Program-made: the position numbers and the translations under genes
DNA from: an uncultured Rhodospirillaceae bacterium
GTDB lineage: Bacteria > Pseudomonadota > Alphaproteobacteria > Dongiales > Dongiaceae
Direction of reading: 5' to 3'
Length of the DNA stretch: 64,000 nucleotides
Assembly (NCBI GenBank): GCA_964551505.1
Contig: CAZKDH010000048.1
Span: 1,947-65,946, forward strand
The notes under the pieces: model-generated
What the model was told of the DNA's origin: nothing
Database searches by the model: none
The model's input: only the letters and a program-made list of their open reading frames with translations
Shown: one piece after another, positions 18,172-27,800 of the stretch
Layout of the letters: each line of letters starts with the position of its first letter
Numbering within the stretch: position 1 is the first letter of the stretch

Positions 18172-18414
18172 CTAGGTAAAGGCGTTGAAGGTGATGACGG
18201 TCAGCGTGTCCTTCACATGCGGCAGGGTCTGCAGCTTGCCGGTGACGAAGCGACCGACATCGCTGTCCGTCGGCAGGTAGCATTTCACCAGCAGGTCGTA
18301 CTGGCCGGAGATCGAGTAGAGCTCGGCAATCTCCTCGACGTCGTCGAGCGCCTTGGCGGCCACGTCATAGGCGGTGCCAGGCTCGCATTTCACCATGACG
18401 AAGATCGGCCGCAT
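18172..18414 (-). CDS. Stand-alone Lrp/AsnC ligand-binding (RAM) domain protein, no HTH
   Basis: 80 aa: MRPIFVMVKCEPGTAYDVAAKALDDVEEIAELYSISGQYDLLVKCYLPTDSDVGRFVTGKLQTLPHVKDTLTVITFNAF. This is the AsnC-type effector domain pattern alone. Confidence 0.8.
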   Translation of the reverse strand: MRPIFVMVKCEPGTAYDVAAKALDDVEEIAELYSISGQYDLLVKCYLPTDSDVGRFVTGKLQTLPHVKDTLTVITFNAFT

Positions 18415-18545
18415 CTCGTTGAAACTCCTGCCGGATCAGCCGGCGCCCCGGCCCTGTTCCAGGTCCGTTTGCCGGGGCATGTTGCCCCGTCGCGCCCGGA
18501 AAATCCACCCCTGATCGCCAGTCCCGCCGGGCCTTTGGCCGGCCG

Positions 18546-19784
18546 CTAGGTGACCGCCGCGCGCTGCCGGAAGGCGGGCTGGCGCCATTCCTCGGCCTGC
18601 ATCACCGCCTTGATCGCGGCCACCGCGTCCCAGATGTCGGCATAGCCGGTATAGAGCGGCGTCAGGCCGAAGCGCATCAGATCCGGGGCCCGGAAGTCGC
18701 CGATGACGCCGCGGGCGATCAGCGCCTGCATGGCGGCGTAGCTCTCGGGGTGGCGGAAGGCGACCTGGCTGCCGCGCCGGGCGCCGGTCGGGGCTGCATT
18801 CTGCAGGCCGAATCCGGCGCATTCCTGTGCGACCAGGCGGATCATCAGATCGCCGAGAGCCAGGGACTTGCTGCGCACCGCCTGCATGTCGATGCCGTCG
18901 AAGGTCTCGAGCCCGGCCTCGAGGCCCGCCAGGCTGAGCACCGGCGGCGTGCCGACGGCGAAGCTGCGGATGCCGGCGCGCGGCCGGTAGTCGGTCGACA
19001 GCTCGAAGGGCGCGGCATGGCCCATCCAGCCGAACAGCGGCTGCTGCGCCTTGTCCTGCCAGCGCTCGGCAACGAAGAGATAGGCCGGCGCGCCGGGGCC
19101 GCCGTTCAGGTATTTGTAGCCGCAGCCGATGGCAAAGTCGGCGCCGCAGCCGTTGAGATCGACCGGCAGGGCCCCCGCCGAATGGGCAAGGTCCCAGAGG
19201 GTGAGGGCGCCGACGCTGCGCGCCTTGGCGCTGAGGGCGCGCATGTCGTGGAGATCGCCGGTTCGGTAGTCGACCTCGGTCAGCATCAGGATGGCGACGT
19301 CGCCGTCGAGCGCGTCCATGAGCTCGTCGGGCGCCACCAGCTTCAGCTCTGAGCCGCCGCCGTTCAAGGTGGCGAGACCCTGGGCCATGTAGAGATCGGT
19401 GGGGAAATTGCCGTGATCGGAGAGGATGACGCGCCGTCCCGGATTGAGCGCCAGCGCCGCCGCCAGCAGCTTGAAGACGTTGAGCGAGGTCGAATCGCAG
19501 ACCAGCACCTCGTGCGGCGCGGCGCCGATCAGCCGGGCGATCTTGGCACCGAGCCGGGCCGGCAGGTCGATCCAGCCGTGCTTGTTCCAGCTGGTGATGA
19601 GGTCGGTGCCCCATTCCGTCTCGACGGTGCGGCGCAGGCGCTCCGCCGCCGCCCGGGGCAGCGCCCCCAGGGAGTTGCCGTCGAGATAGACCCGGCCCGG
19701 CGGCAGCACGAAGCGCTCGCGCGCCGCCCGCAACGGATCGGCGGCGTCGAGGCCCAGGCAGTCGGCGCGGGTGATCGCGGTCAT
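18546..19784 (-). CDS. kynU: Kynureninase
   Basis: ..YLDGNSLGALPRAAAERLRRTVETEWGTDLITSWNKHGWIDLP...DLAHSAGALPVDLNGCGADFAIGCGYKYLNGGPGAPAYLFV.. is typical of KynU (PLP lysine in GCGYKY). ATG at 19782-19784 shares one nt with the kynB stop. Confidence 0.9.
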   Translation of the reverse strand: MTAITRADCLGLDAADPLRAARERFVLPPGRVYLDGNSLGALPRAAAERLRRTVETEWGTDLITSWNKHGWIDLPARLGAKIARLIGAAPHEVLVCDSTSLNVFKLLAAALALNPGRRVILSDHGNFPTDLYMAQGLATLNGGGSELKLVAPDELMDALDGDVAILMLTEVDYRTGDLHDMRALSAKARSVGALTLWDLAHSAGALPVDLNGCGADFAIGCGYKYLNGGPGAPAYLFVAERWQDKAQQPLFGWMGHAAPFELSTDYRPRAGIRSFAVGTPPVLSLAGLEAGLETFDGIDMQAVRSKSLALGDLMIRLVAQECAGFGLQNAAPTGARRGSQVAFRHPESYAAMQALIARGVIGDFRAPDLMRFGLTPLYTGYADIWDAVAAIKAVMQAEEWRQPAFRQRAAVT

Positions 19785-20407
19785 CAAGCGAGGTCCCGCA
19801 GCACCGCGCGCACCGGCGCAGCATCGCCGCCGGCGATCTTCAGCGGCAGGGCGATGAGCTCGTAGACGCCGAAGGGCACGGCGTCCAGCACCAGGCTCTC
19901 CAGGATTGCCAGGCCGTGGCGCTGCACCGCCAGATGTGCCGCCATGGTCTTCGAGGCCTCCGGGTCGAGCGAGGGCGTATCGACGCCGATCAGGATCGTG
20001 CCGCGGGCGGCGAGGGCGTCGATCAGCGCCGGCTCGACGCCGGGAAAGGCGGAATCCCAGGTGTCCTGCGGTGCCCGCTCGTAGGTCCGGATCAGGAGGC
20101 GCGGCGCCGCGGAGCGGATCTGCGGGAGGATGCGCGCGCGGGTGATCAGCCCGTCATGGCCGCGGCCGTCGACCACCTCGGCAGGACCCAGATAGGGATC
20201 GAGGGCGACGGCGTCGATGGCGCGGCCGTCGGCGGCATAATGCAGCGGCGCATCGGCATGGGTGCCGGCATGGCTGGACGCGGTCAGCGCCGAGACGTTG
20301 ACCGGCACCCCGGGCGCCATCTGCCAGGTGCGCCGGAGATAGAACGGCGTATCGCCCGGCCAGCCCGGCATGCCGGGCCGCAGCGGTTGTGAGATGTCTC
20401 GGATCAT
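19784..20407 (-). CDS. kynB: Kynurenine formamidase (arylformamidase, cyclase family)
   Basis: MIRDISQPLRPGMPGWPGDTPF....SSHAGTHADAPLHY.. carries the HxGTHxDxPxH metal motif of KynB. Start set at the ATG 20405-20407. The longer track ORF adds an Arg/Pro-rich artefact. Confidence 0.9.
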   Translation of the reverse strand: MIRDISQPLRPGMPGWPGDTPFYLRRTWQMAPGVPVNVSALTASSHAGTHADAPLHYAADGRAIDAVALDPYLGPAEVVDGRGHDGLITRARILPQIRSAAPRLLIRTYERAPQDTWDSAFPGVEPALIDALAARGTILIGVDTPSLDPEASKTMAAHLAVQRHGLAILESLVLDAVPFGVYELIALPLKIAGGDAAPVRAVLRDLA

Positions 20408-20615
20408 GCGTCGCCGGCGTCGGCTGTCCCTTCCCCGGGGCAAACCGTAGTCGGGGGGCCGGAAGCGCGCAAGCATGGGACGGGGAGTGCCGGCTGGAGA
20501 AGGATTCGCAATATGCAATTCATTGTGAATTTTAGTCCACCAGGATTGCCGATGCTTGCCTGATATATGATTTATTTCTTATCATTCAAGTGGGGCGGCG
20601 CTGACGGAAGGGGCT

Positions 20616-21023
20616 CTATTTGCCATAGAGCGTACTTGGATCGACGCGGACGGCGGCGATCTCCGTCGTTTTCCCGTTGCGAATGGCGGTGAAGAAGCAG
20701 CTGCGCCGGCCGGTGTGGCAGGCGACGCCGGACTGGTCGACCAGCAGCAGCAGGCAGTCGTTGTCGCAGTCGATGCGGAGCTCGACCAGGCGCTGGCCTT
20801 GCCCCGAGGTCTCGCCCTTGCGCCAGAGGGATTGGCGCGAGCGCGACCAGTAGCAGACCCGCCCGGTGGCCAGCGTCTCCGCGATCGCCGCGCGGTTCAT
20901 CCAGGCCAGCATCAGCACCTCGCCGCTGTCATGCTGCTGGGCGATGGCGGGGATGAGCCCGTCGCGATCGAAGGCGAGGCCGTCGAGGACCGGCGCGAGC
21001 GCCGTGGCGCTGTCCGTGGCCAT
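20616..21023 (-). CDS. hisI: Phosphoribosyl-AMP cyclohydrolase
   Basis: ..GLIPAIAQQHDSGEVLMLAWMNRAAIAETLATGRVCYWSRSRQSLWRKGETSGQGQRLVELRIDCDNDCLLLLVDQSGVACHTGRRSCFF is a near-textbook HisI. Confidence 0.9.
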   Translation of the reverse strand: MATDSATALAPVLDGLAFDRDGLIPAIAQQHDSGEVLMLAWMNRAAIAETLATGRVCYWSRSRQSLWRKGETSGQGQRLVELRIDCDNDCLLLLVDQSGVACHTGRRSCFFTAIRNGKTTEIAAVRVDPSTLYGK

Positions 21024-21028
21024 GCCGC

Positions 21029-22207
21029 TCAGTTGCCGCGCAGGCGGGCAAACCCCGCATCGAGATCGGCGATGAGGTCGTCCGGATCTTCCAGCCCGGC
21101 ATGCAGGCGCACGCAGGGGCCCGGCGCCGCCCATTTGGTGGCGGTGCGCGCGGCGCCCAGATGCGAGGGCATGATCAGGCTTTCATAGCCGCCCCAGGAG
21201 GCGCCAATGCCGAAGAGTTCCATGCCGTCGAGCATCGCCGTCAGGCGCTCCGGCGCGCAGGGGTTCAGCACCATGCTGAACAGCCCGGTGGAGCCCAGGA
21301 AATCGCGTTTGAACAGGGCGTGGCTGGGATGATCCGGCAGCGCCGGGTGCAGCACCCGCGCCACCTCCGGCCGCTGCTGCAGCCATTTCGCCAGCTTCAG
21401 CGCCGTCTCCTGATGCTGCGCCAGGCGGGCGCCCATCGAGCGCAGCCCGCGCAAGGCGAGATAGCAGTCGTCCGGTCCGACCGCATAGCCCAGCCCGTGC
21501 ACCTGGGTCTTGACCGTCTTGTAGAACTCCTCCCGCATCGTGACGATGCCCATCATCACGTCGGCGTGGCCGACGATGTACTTGGTCGCCGCATGGATCG
21601 ACAGGTCGACACCGTGGCGGAACGGCTTGAAGAAGAGCGGCGTCCCCCAGGTATTGTCGATCATCACCACGCAGCCCCGGGCGTGGGCGGCGGCCGCGAT
21701 CGCCGGCACGTCCTGGACCTCGAAGGTATGCGAGCCCGGGCTCTCCAGATAGACGATGCGGGTATTCGGCTGGATCAGCTCGGCGATCCGGCTGCCGATC
21801 ATCGGGTCGTAATAGGTGGTGGTGATGCCGAGCGGCGCCAGCCGCTGGTCGCAGAGCATGCGGGCCGGCTCGTAGACGCTATCGACCATCAGGACGTGAT
21901 CGCCGGTCTTCAGGAATGAAAGCAGCGCCCCGGCGATTGCCGCCAGGCCGGAGGGCAGGGCCACCGCCTTGTCCGCCTCCTCGAGGTCGGCCACGGCCTG
22001 TTCCAGGGCAAAGGTCGTGGGGGTGCCGTAGCGGCCGTAATAGACGTTGTTGAACTTGTCCTGGCCCTTGGCCCGCATCTCCGCCACCGAGGCGAACATC
22101 ACCGTCGAGGCATGGTAAACCGGCGGATTGACGATCCCGTGGTTCGCCTTTGGGTTGTTGCCGGAATGGGTCAGGCGGGTACGGTCTTTGCGCCGGTCTG
22201 TGGGCAT
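21029..22207 (-). CDS. metC: Cystathionine beta-lyase
   Basis: ..TRLTHSGNNPKANHGIVNPPVYHASTVMF...YGRYGTPTTFALEQAVADLE..SIHAATKYIVGHADVMMG.. (PLP Lys in ATKY). Its stop is 5 nt before the hisI start. Confidence 0.9.
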   Translation of the reverse strand: MPTDRRKDRTRLTHSGNNPKANHGIVNPPVYHASTVMFASVAEMRAKGQDKFNNVYYGRYGTPTTFALEQAVADLEEADKAVALPSGLAAIAGALLSFLKTGDHVLMVDSVYEPARMLCDQRLAPLGITTTYYDPMIGSRIAELIQPNTRIVYLESPGSHTFEVQDVPAIAAAAHARGCVVMIDNTWGTPLFFKPFRHGVDLSIHAATKYIVGHADVMMGIVTMREEFYKTVKTQVHGLGYAVGPDDCYLALRGLRSMGARLAQHQETALKLAKWLQQRPEVARVLHPALPDHPSHALFKRDFLGSTGLFSMVLNPCAPERLTAMLDGMELFGIGASWGGYESLIMPSHLGAARTATKWAAPGPCVRLHAGLEDPDDLIADLDAGFARLRGN

Positions 22208-22359
22208 CTTGAGGGTGGTCCTTGGCGGCTTCGGGATCGATGCTTGTAGCATCCGGCGGGGATATGTTAAAGGTGGGTTACGGCTGCCAAGGACCGGACA
22301 ACAGGCCAGCGGCGCGACCAACACGATCAAAAACGCAACACAGGGAAGGGATTCCAGAA

Positions 22360-23400
22360 ATGAAGCATTTGAAAACCGCCGTCGCCGGCTTGGCGCTCGT
22401 GATCGGCCTGTCGACGGCCGCCCAGGCCGCCAGCACACTGGACACGGTGAAGAGCCGCGGCAAGGTGCTCTGCGGCGTGACCACCGGCCTGGCCGGCTTC
22501 GGCGCGCCGAACGACCAGGGCGTTTGGTCCGGCCTCGACATCGACCTCTGCAAGGGCGTCGCCGCTGCCGTGTTCGGCGATCCCAGCAAGGTCGAATACA
22601 AGCCGCTGAATGCCGAGCAGCGCTTCACCGCGCTGCAGTCCGGCGAAGTGGATTTCCTGGCCCGCAACTCGACCTGGACGATGTCCCGCGATACCCAGCT
22701 CGGCCTCGATTTCGTCACCGTCAACTACTATGACGGCCAGGGCTTCATGGTGAAGAAGGACCTGGGCGTGAAAAGCGCGCTGGAACTGAAGGGCGCCACG
22801 GTCTGCGTCCAGGAAGGCACCACCACCGAGAAGAATCTCGGCGATTTCGACAAGGCGAACAACCTCGGCATCAAGCCGGTGAAGTTCAAGGAGAACGACC
22901 AGGCCCGCAGCACCTATGACGAAGGCCGTTGCGACGCCTATACGACCGACGCCTCCGGCCTCGCCAGCGAGCGTACAGCCCTGAAGAACCCCGACGAGAA
23001 CATCATCCTGCCGGAGATCATCTCCAAGGAGCCGCTGGGCCCGGTGGTCCGGCACGGTGACAATCAATGGGGCGATATCGTGCGCTGGACGCACTACGCG
23101 ACCTTGATCGCCGAGGAGAAGGGCATCACCCAGGCCAATATCGACCAGGTGAAGGCCGATAACGGCGCCGACAACGCCAATGCCGATCCGGAAACGCAGC
23201 GCCTTCTCGGCATCACCGAGAAGCTCGGCGAGGGCATGGGCTTGAGCAACGATTGGGCCTACAACGTGATCAAGGCGGTCGGCAACTACGGCGAGATCTT
23301 CGACCGCAACGTCGGTCCGAGCACGCCGCTGAAGCTGGATCGCGGCCTGAACGCGCTCTGGAACAAGGGCGGTCTGCAATACGCGCCGCCGGCCCGCTAA
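22360..23400 (+). CDS. aapJ: General L-amino acid ABC transporter substrate-binding protein
   Basis: Close by-eye match along the whole length to Rhizobium AapJ (..CGVTTGLAGFGAP..FTALQSGEVDFLARNSTWT..YYDGQGFMVKK..ILPEIISKEPLGPVVRHGD..NVIKAVGNYGEIF..ALWNKGGLQYAPPAR). Signal peptide ends in AAQA. Confidence 0.95.
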   Translation: MKHLKTAVAGLALVIGLSTAAQAASTLDTVKSRGKVLCGVTTGLAGFGAPNDQGVWSGLDIDLCKGVAAAVFGDPSKVEYKPLNAEQRFTALQSGEVDFLARNSTWTMSRDTQLGLDFVTVNYYDGQGFMVKKDLGVKSALELKGATVCVQEGTTTEKNLGDFDKANNLGIKPVKFKENDQARSTYDEGRCDAYTTDASGLASERTALKNPDENIILPEIISKEPLGPVVRHGDNQWGDIVRWTHYATLIAEEKGITQANIDQVKADNGADNANADPETQRLLGITEKLGEGMGLSNDWAYNVIKAVGNYGEIFDRNVGPSTPLKLDRGLNALWNKGGLQYAPPAR

Positions 23401-23416
23401 GCTGGTGAATGGAAAA

Positions 23417-23450
23417 ACCGATGCCCGGCCCCTAAAGGCCGGGCATCGGT
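23417..23450 (+). terminator. Strong intercistronic stem-loop (attenuator or mRNA stabiliser) between aapJ and aapQ
   Basis: Perfect 14-bp stem accgatgcccggcc / ggccgggcatcggt with loop cctaaa. It is followed only by a weak T tract (ccatttgttcc). Confidence 0.5.
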
Positions 23451-23487
23451 CCATTTGTTCCACGTCCATCCAACCGGGAGGCACGAC

Positions 23488-24681
23488 GTGGCGATAGAGG
23501 CGCAAGGCAAACCCTCAGATCTGGCGACCGTCGCTCCCTGGTGGCGCGACGAGCGCAAACGCGGGTTCGCCGCGCAGATCCTGGTCGCGATCTTCCTGGC
23601 CTTTGTCGTCTGGTTCCTGGCCTACAACATGCTGGCCAACCAGCAGCGCCTCGGCGTGCCGATGAGCCTCGGTTTCCTGGAGAATCCGGCCGGTTTTCAG
23701 CTCAGCTTCGCCACCATATCCGTGACGCTGGATTCCCCGATCAGCCGCATCCTGCTGGTCGGCGCGCTCAACACCCTCGTCGCCTCGGCGATCACCGCCG
23801 TGCTGGCGACGCTCTTCGGACTTATCATCGGCATCGCCAGGCTCTCCAGCAATTGGCTGATATCGCGGCTGGCAGGCTTCTACATCGAGGCCCTGCGCAA
23901 CACGCCGCTGCTGCTGCAGCTGGTCTTCTGGTACGGCGGCGTGGTGGCGGCACTGCCGGCGGTGAAGAACAGCCTCAGCCTGTTCGATGCGATCTTTCTC
24001 AACAAGAAGGGGCTCTACGTCCCCGAGCCCACCTTCGAGCCGGGCGCGGGCTGGGTCCTGGCGAGTTTTGTCGTCGCCGTTGCCGCCACGGTCTTCCTGC
24101 ATCGCTGGGCGCGCCTCCGCCAGGAGGCAACCGGCCAGCAGTTCCCGGTCCTGGCGGTCGCCATTCTGCTCATTCTCGGCCTGCCCGCTCTGGTCGGGCT
24201 GGCGCTCGGCAATCCGGTGACCTGGACGCTGCCGGTCCTCGGTGGGTTCAATTTCAGCGGCGGTCTCGCCTTCCAGCCGGAAGTGGTCGCGCTCATCATT
24301 GGACTCGGCCTTAATTCCTCGGCCTTCATCGCCGAGATCATCCGCGGCGGCATCATCGCGATCAGCCACGGCCAGACCGAGGCGGCGCTGGCGCTCGGCC
24401 TGAAACCGCGCTGGAACCTGCGCCTGGTGGTGATTCCCCAGGCGCTCCGCATCATCATTCCGCCGATGGTGAGCCAGTATCTCAACGTGGTGAAGAATTC
24501 GACCCTGGCCGGCTTCATCGGCTATCCGGACCTGTTCTCGGTCATCGGCACCTCGCAGAACCAGACCGGGCGCGCCGTCGAGTGCGTGACCATCCTGATG
24601 CTGTTCTACCTCACCGTGAGCCTGATCATCTCGACGGTGATGAACTGGTACAACAAGCGCGTTGCGCTGGTGGAGCGCTAG
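23488..24681 (+). CDS. aapQ: General L-amino acid ABC transporter permease
   Basis: Long N-terminal multi-TM extension plus the His/Glu/Gln/Arg-type permease core (..EIIRGGIIAISHGQTEAALALGL..). GTG start at 23488 has GGGAGG 7 nt upstream. Confidence 0.9.
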   Translation: MAIEAQGKPSDLATVAPWWRDERKRGFAAQILVAIFLAFVVWFLAYNMLANQQRLGVPMSLGFLENPAGFQLSFATISVTLDSPISRILLVGALNTLVASAITAVLATLFGLIIGIARLSSNWLISRLAGFYIEALRNTPLLLQLVFWYGGVVAALPAVKNSLSLFDAIFLNKKGLYVPEPTFEPGAGWVLASFVVAVAATVFLHRWARLRQEATGQQFPVLAVAILLILGLPALVGLALGNPVTWTLPVLGGFNFSGGLAFQPEVVALIIGLGLNSSAFIAEIIRGGIIAISHGQTEAALALGLKPRWNLRLVVIPQALRIIIPPMVSQYLNVVKNSTLAGFIGYPDLFSVIGTSQNQTGRAVECVTILMLFYLTVSLIISTVMNWYNKRVALVER

Positions 24682-24684
24682 GCC

Positions 24685-25854
24685 GTGACAGATACCGGGG
24701 TGGAGACCTTCAAATCCGACATGGAGCCGGGCGTGCGGCCCAGCCTGCCGCCGCCGGTCACCGAAACCGGGGTGATCGGCTGGTTCCGCCACAACCTGTT
24801 CTCGAGCTGGACGAACACGCTGCTGACCGCGCTCGCGGTCTACCTGGTCTACCTTGCCGTGCCGCCGTTCCTCGACTGGGCGATCTTCAACGCGACCTGG
24901 CTGTTTCCGCCGGATGTCGTCGACGGCAAGCGGGCGCCGGAATTCACCGATTGCCGGGCGGCTTCCGGCGCGTGCTGGATCTTCGTCCGCGCACGCCTGC
25001 CGCAGTTCTTCTACGGCTATTTCCCGGAAGCCGAAAGGTGGCGGGTGGATATCGTCTTCATCCTGCTGACGATTTCGGTCTACGGCCTGCTGGCCGAGCG
25101 GATCAAGATCGATGCCAAGAAGTGGCTGGCGATCTTCTTCTTCGGCATCTATCCGTTCCTCGCATTCTGGCTGCTCTATGGCGGCCTGGGCTTGCCGGTG
25201 GTCGAGACCCGGCTCTGGGGCGGGTTGATGCTGACGCTGACGCTGAGCGGCATCGGTATCGTGTTCTCGCTGCCCATCGGCATGCTGCTGGCACTCGGCC
25301 GCCGGTCGGATCTGCCGGTGGTGCATATGCTGTCGGTGGTGCTGATCGAATTCGTGCGCGGCGTGCCGCTGATCACCATCCTGTTCATGGCGAACGTGAT
25401 GCTGCCCTTCTTCCTGCCGCCGGGGGTGGAATTCAACCTGCTGCTGCGGGTCCTGCTGGGCGTCACCATTTTTGCCTCGGCCTACATGGCCGAGGTGGTC
25501 CGCGGCGGGTTGCAGGCCCTCCCCAAGGGCCAGTACGAGGGCGCCATGGCGATGGGCCTCGGCTACTGGCAGATGATGCGCCTGATCATCCTTCCTCAGG
25601 CGCTGCGGATTGCGATCCCCGGCATCGTCAACAACTTCATCAGCCTGACCCAGGACACGACGCTCGTCGCCATTGTCGGCCTGTACGATTTTCTCAATAT
25701 CGTCAGGGCGGGTGCGCGCGACACCCATTGGCTCGGGACCGAGATCGAGGGCTACGTTTTCTGTGCCGTGGTCTACTGGGTGTTCTGCTTCGCGATGTCG
25801 CGCTACAGCATGCATCTCGAGCGCAAGCTGCACACCGGACACAAGAAACGCTGA
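24685..25854 (+). CDS. aapM: General L-amino acid ABC transporter permease
   Basis: ..[39 protein letters not shown].. EAA-loop region. It starts 3 nt after the aapQ stop. Confidence 0.9.
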   Translation: MTDTGVETFKSDMEPGVRPSLPPPVTETGVIGWFRHNLFSSWTNTLLTALAVYLVYLAVPPFLDWAIFNATWLFPPDVVDGKRAPEFTDCRAASGACWIFVRARLPQFFYGYFPEAERWRVDIVFILLTISVYGLLAERIKIDAKKWLAIFFFGIYPFLAFWLLYGGLGLPVVETRLWGGLMLTLTLSGIGIVFSLPIGMLLALGRRSDLPVVHMLSVVLIEFVRGVPLITILFMANVMLPFFLPPGVEFNLLLRVLLGVTIFASAYMAEVVRGGLQALPKGQYEGAMAMGLGYWQMMRLIILPQALRIAIPGIVNNFISLTQDTTLVAIVGLYDFLNIVRAGARDTHWLGTEIEGYVFCAVVYWVFCFAMSRYSMHLERKLHTGHKKR

Positions 25855-25870
25855 TCAGGAGAGATTGTCG

Positions 25871-26677
25871 ATGACCCCCCAATCCGCGCCAAAGACATCC
25901 GCCGTGCCGGCCTCCGGGACCCATGTGCCCGGCGCGGACGAAGCGCCGATGATCCTGCTGGCGAACGTGAACAAGTGGTATGGCCAGTTCCACGTGCTGA
26001 AGGATATCGACCTCACTGTCTATTCCGGCGAGCGGATCGTGGTCTGCGGCCCTTCGGGGTCTGGCAAGTCCACCATGATCCGCTGCATCAACCGGCTCGA
26101 GGAGCATCAGAAGGGGAAGATCGTCGTCGATGGCGTCGAATTGACCCATGACCTGAAGAAGATCGAGCAGGTGCGCAAGGAAGTCGGCATGGTCTTCCAG
26201 CATTTCAATCTGTTCCCGCACCTGACTGTGCTGGAGAACCTGACGCTGGCGCCGATCTGGGTGCGCAAGATGCCGAAGCGCGAGGCGGAAGACGTCGCCA
26301 TGCACTACCTCACCCGGGTCAAGATCCCGGAGCAGGCGGCGAAGTATCCGGGGCAGCTTTCCGGCGGCCAGCAGCAGCGCGTCGCCATCGCGCGCTCGCT
26401 GTGCATGAATCCTAAAGTCATGCTGTTCGACGAGCCGACCTCGGCGCTCGATCCGGAGATGATCAAGGAGGTGCTGGACGTCATGATCGAGCTGGCGCGT
26501 TCCGGCATGACCATGATCTGCGTCACCCATGAAATGGGCTTTGCCCGCACCGTCGCCAACCGCGTCATCTTCATGGACAAGGGCGAGATCATCGAGCAGA
26601 ACGAGCCGGAGCAGTTCTTCCTCAATCCCCAGTCGGATCGGACGAAACTTTTCCTCAGCCAGATCCTGCATCACTGA
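25871..26677 (+). CDS. aapP: General L-amino acid ABC transporter ATP-binding protein
   Basis: [36 protein letters not shown]. GlnQ/AapP-type polar amino acid ATPase. Start ATG 25871 with AGGAGAG upstream. Confidence 0.95.
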   Translation: MTPQSAPKTSAVPASGTHVPGADEAPMILLANVNKWYGQFHVLKDIDLTVYSGERIVVCGPSGSGKSTMIRCINRLEEHQKGKIVVDGVELTHDLKKIEQVRKEVGMVFQHFNLFPHLTVLENLTLAPIWVRKMPKREAEDVAMHYLTRVKIPEQAAKYPGQLSGGQQQRVAIARSLCMNPKVMLFDEPTSALDPEMIKEVLDVMIELARSGMTMICVTHEMGFARTVANRVIFMDKGEIIEQNEPEQFFLNPQSDRTKLFLSQILHH

Positions 26678-27800
26678 TCGCGGCGCGCCGGAAGCGGCCG
26701 ATACCGAGACCGCTGATATCCGTATCACTGGCCCCGGCGGAGATGAGTTCCGTCAGGACCGCGCCGACGGCCGGGCCAAGCTGGAAGCCGTGGCCGCAGA
26801 AGCCAAAGGCGTGGAACAGGCCGGGATGGGTTTCCGAGGGGCCGACGACCGGGGAGCCGTCGGCGGTGTCGCCGTCGACACCGGTCCAGCTGCGGATGAT
26901 GTTCAGCCCGGCGATCTCGGGGACGATGCGGATGGCCATGGCGGCGGCGCTCCGGCTGACGGCGGGCAGCGGCCGCGACCTGGTGAAATCGGCGTTCGGG
27001 CGACCTTCGCCGCCGCCGAAGATGATGTTGCCGCGATCGATCTGGCGCAGGTAGAGGTCGCCGCCGATCACCCCCAGCACCGGGCCGATCCGATGACGCG
27101 CCGGCTCCGTCACCAGGATCTGCGGGATCTCCGGCTTCAGCGCGACAGGCTCGTCGAACCAGCCGGCGATGCGGTCGGCCCAGGCCCCTGCGGCATTGAC
27201 CAGGACCGCCGCGGCATAGAGCCGGCCGTCCTTCAGGCGCAGGGTGAAGCTGCCGCTCTCGTACCGGCCGTCGACCACTTCCGCCTGCTCGACCAGATTG
27301 GCACCGGCGTCGCGCGCCGCTGCGGCGAAGGCCGGCGCAACCTGGCGCGGATTGGCCTGGCCGTCATCGGCGCAGAAGGTTGCCGCGAGGGCCGCCGGAC
27401 CGAGCCAGGGAAAGCGGCGCAGGAGATCGTCGCGGTCGAGATACTCCAGTTTCAGTCCCAGCGGCGCCGCGGCGGCCAGATGATTGCGCAGCACGTCGAT
27501 ATCGGCGGCAGTGCGGGCGATCCGCAGGTGGCCGGTGGCGGTGAATTCGCCGTCGATGCCGATCAGGGAGCCGAGATCGCTCCAGATGTGGCGCGCGCGC
27601 AAGGACAGCGGAATTTCCGCGAGGTTCCGCCCGTGGCGGCGGACGCCGCCGAAATTAACGGCGCTGGCCCGGGTGCCGGCCTGGTCCCGCTCGAGCAGGG
27701 TCACCGATTTTCCGCGTCGGGCCAGGCCGAGGGCGGTGGCGCAGCCCATGATCCCGCCGCCGACGATCAGCACGTCGCTGCGCTGCACGGCGCGGCTCAT
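26655..27800 (-). CDS. FAD-dependent oxidoreductase, HcnC / OoxB / LhpB (sarcosine-oxidase beta)-like subunit
   Basis: [38 protein letters not shown] (GxGxxG dinucleotide fold)...[16 protein letters not shown]-terminal DAO-family motif. ATGA overlap with the upstream gene. Its 3' end overlaps aapP by 23 nt. Confidence 0.85.
   Translation of the reverse strand: MSRAVQRSDVLIVGGGIMGCATALGLARRGKSVTLLERDQAGTRASAVNFGGVRRHGRNLAEIPLSLRARHIWSDLGSLIGIDGEFTATGHLRIARTAADIDVLRNHLAAAAPLGLKLEYLDRDDLLRRFPWLGPAALAATFCADDGQANPRQVAPAFAAAARDAGANLVEQAEVVDGRYESGSFTLRLKDGRLYAAAVLVNAAGAWADRIAGWFDEPVALKPEIPQILVTEPARHRIGPVLGVIGGDLYLRQIDRGNIIFGGGEGRPNADFTRSRPLPAVSRSAAAMAIRIVPEIAGLNIIRSWTGVDGDTADGSPVVGPSETHPGLFHAFGFCGHGFQLGPAVGAVLTELISAGASDTDISGLGIGRFRRAAISDAGSG

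Noticed and set aside
20408-20615. Possible mobile-element remnant or sRNA in the AT-rich spacer between hisI and kynB
   Set aside because: It is only about 200 bp, has no ORF and no terminal repeats. It is most simply the kynB promoter (AT-rich, with near-repeat GCAATATGCAAT) plus the hisI 3' region. I noted nothing beyond ordinary promoter character.
23515-25842. 775-aa minus-strand ORF over aapQ/aapM, and the similar 662-aa ORF 12050..14038 over the SDR/livG region
   Set aside because: Artefact composition (His/Arg/Asp/Gly/Gln-rich, no hydrophobic core). The opposite strand encodes near-textbook AapQ/AapM and SDR/LivG sequences.
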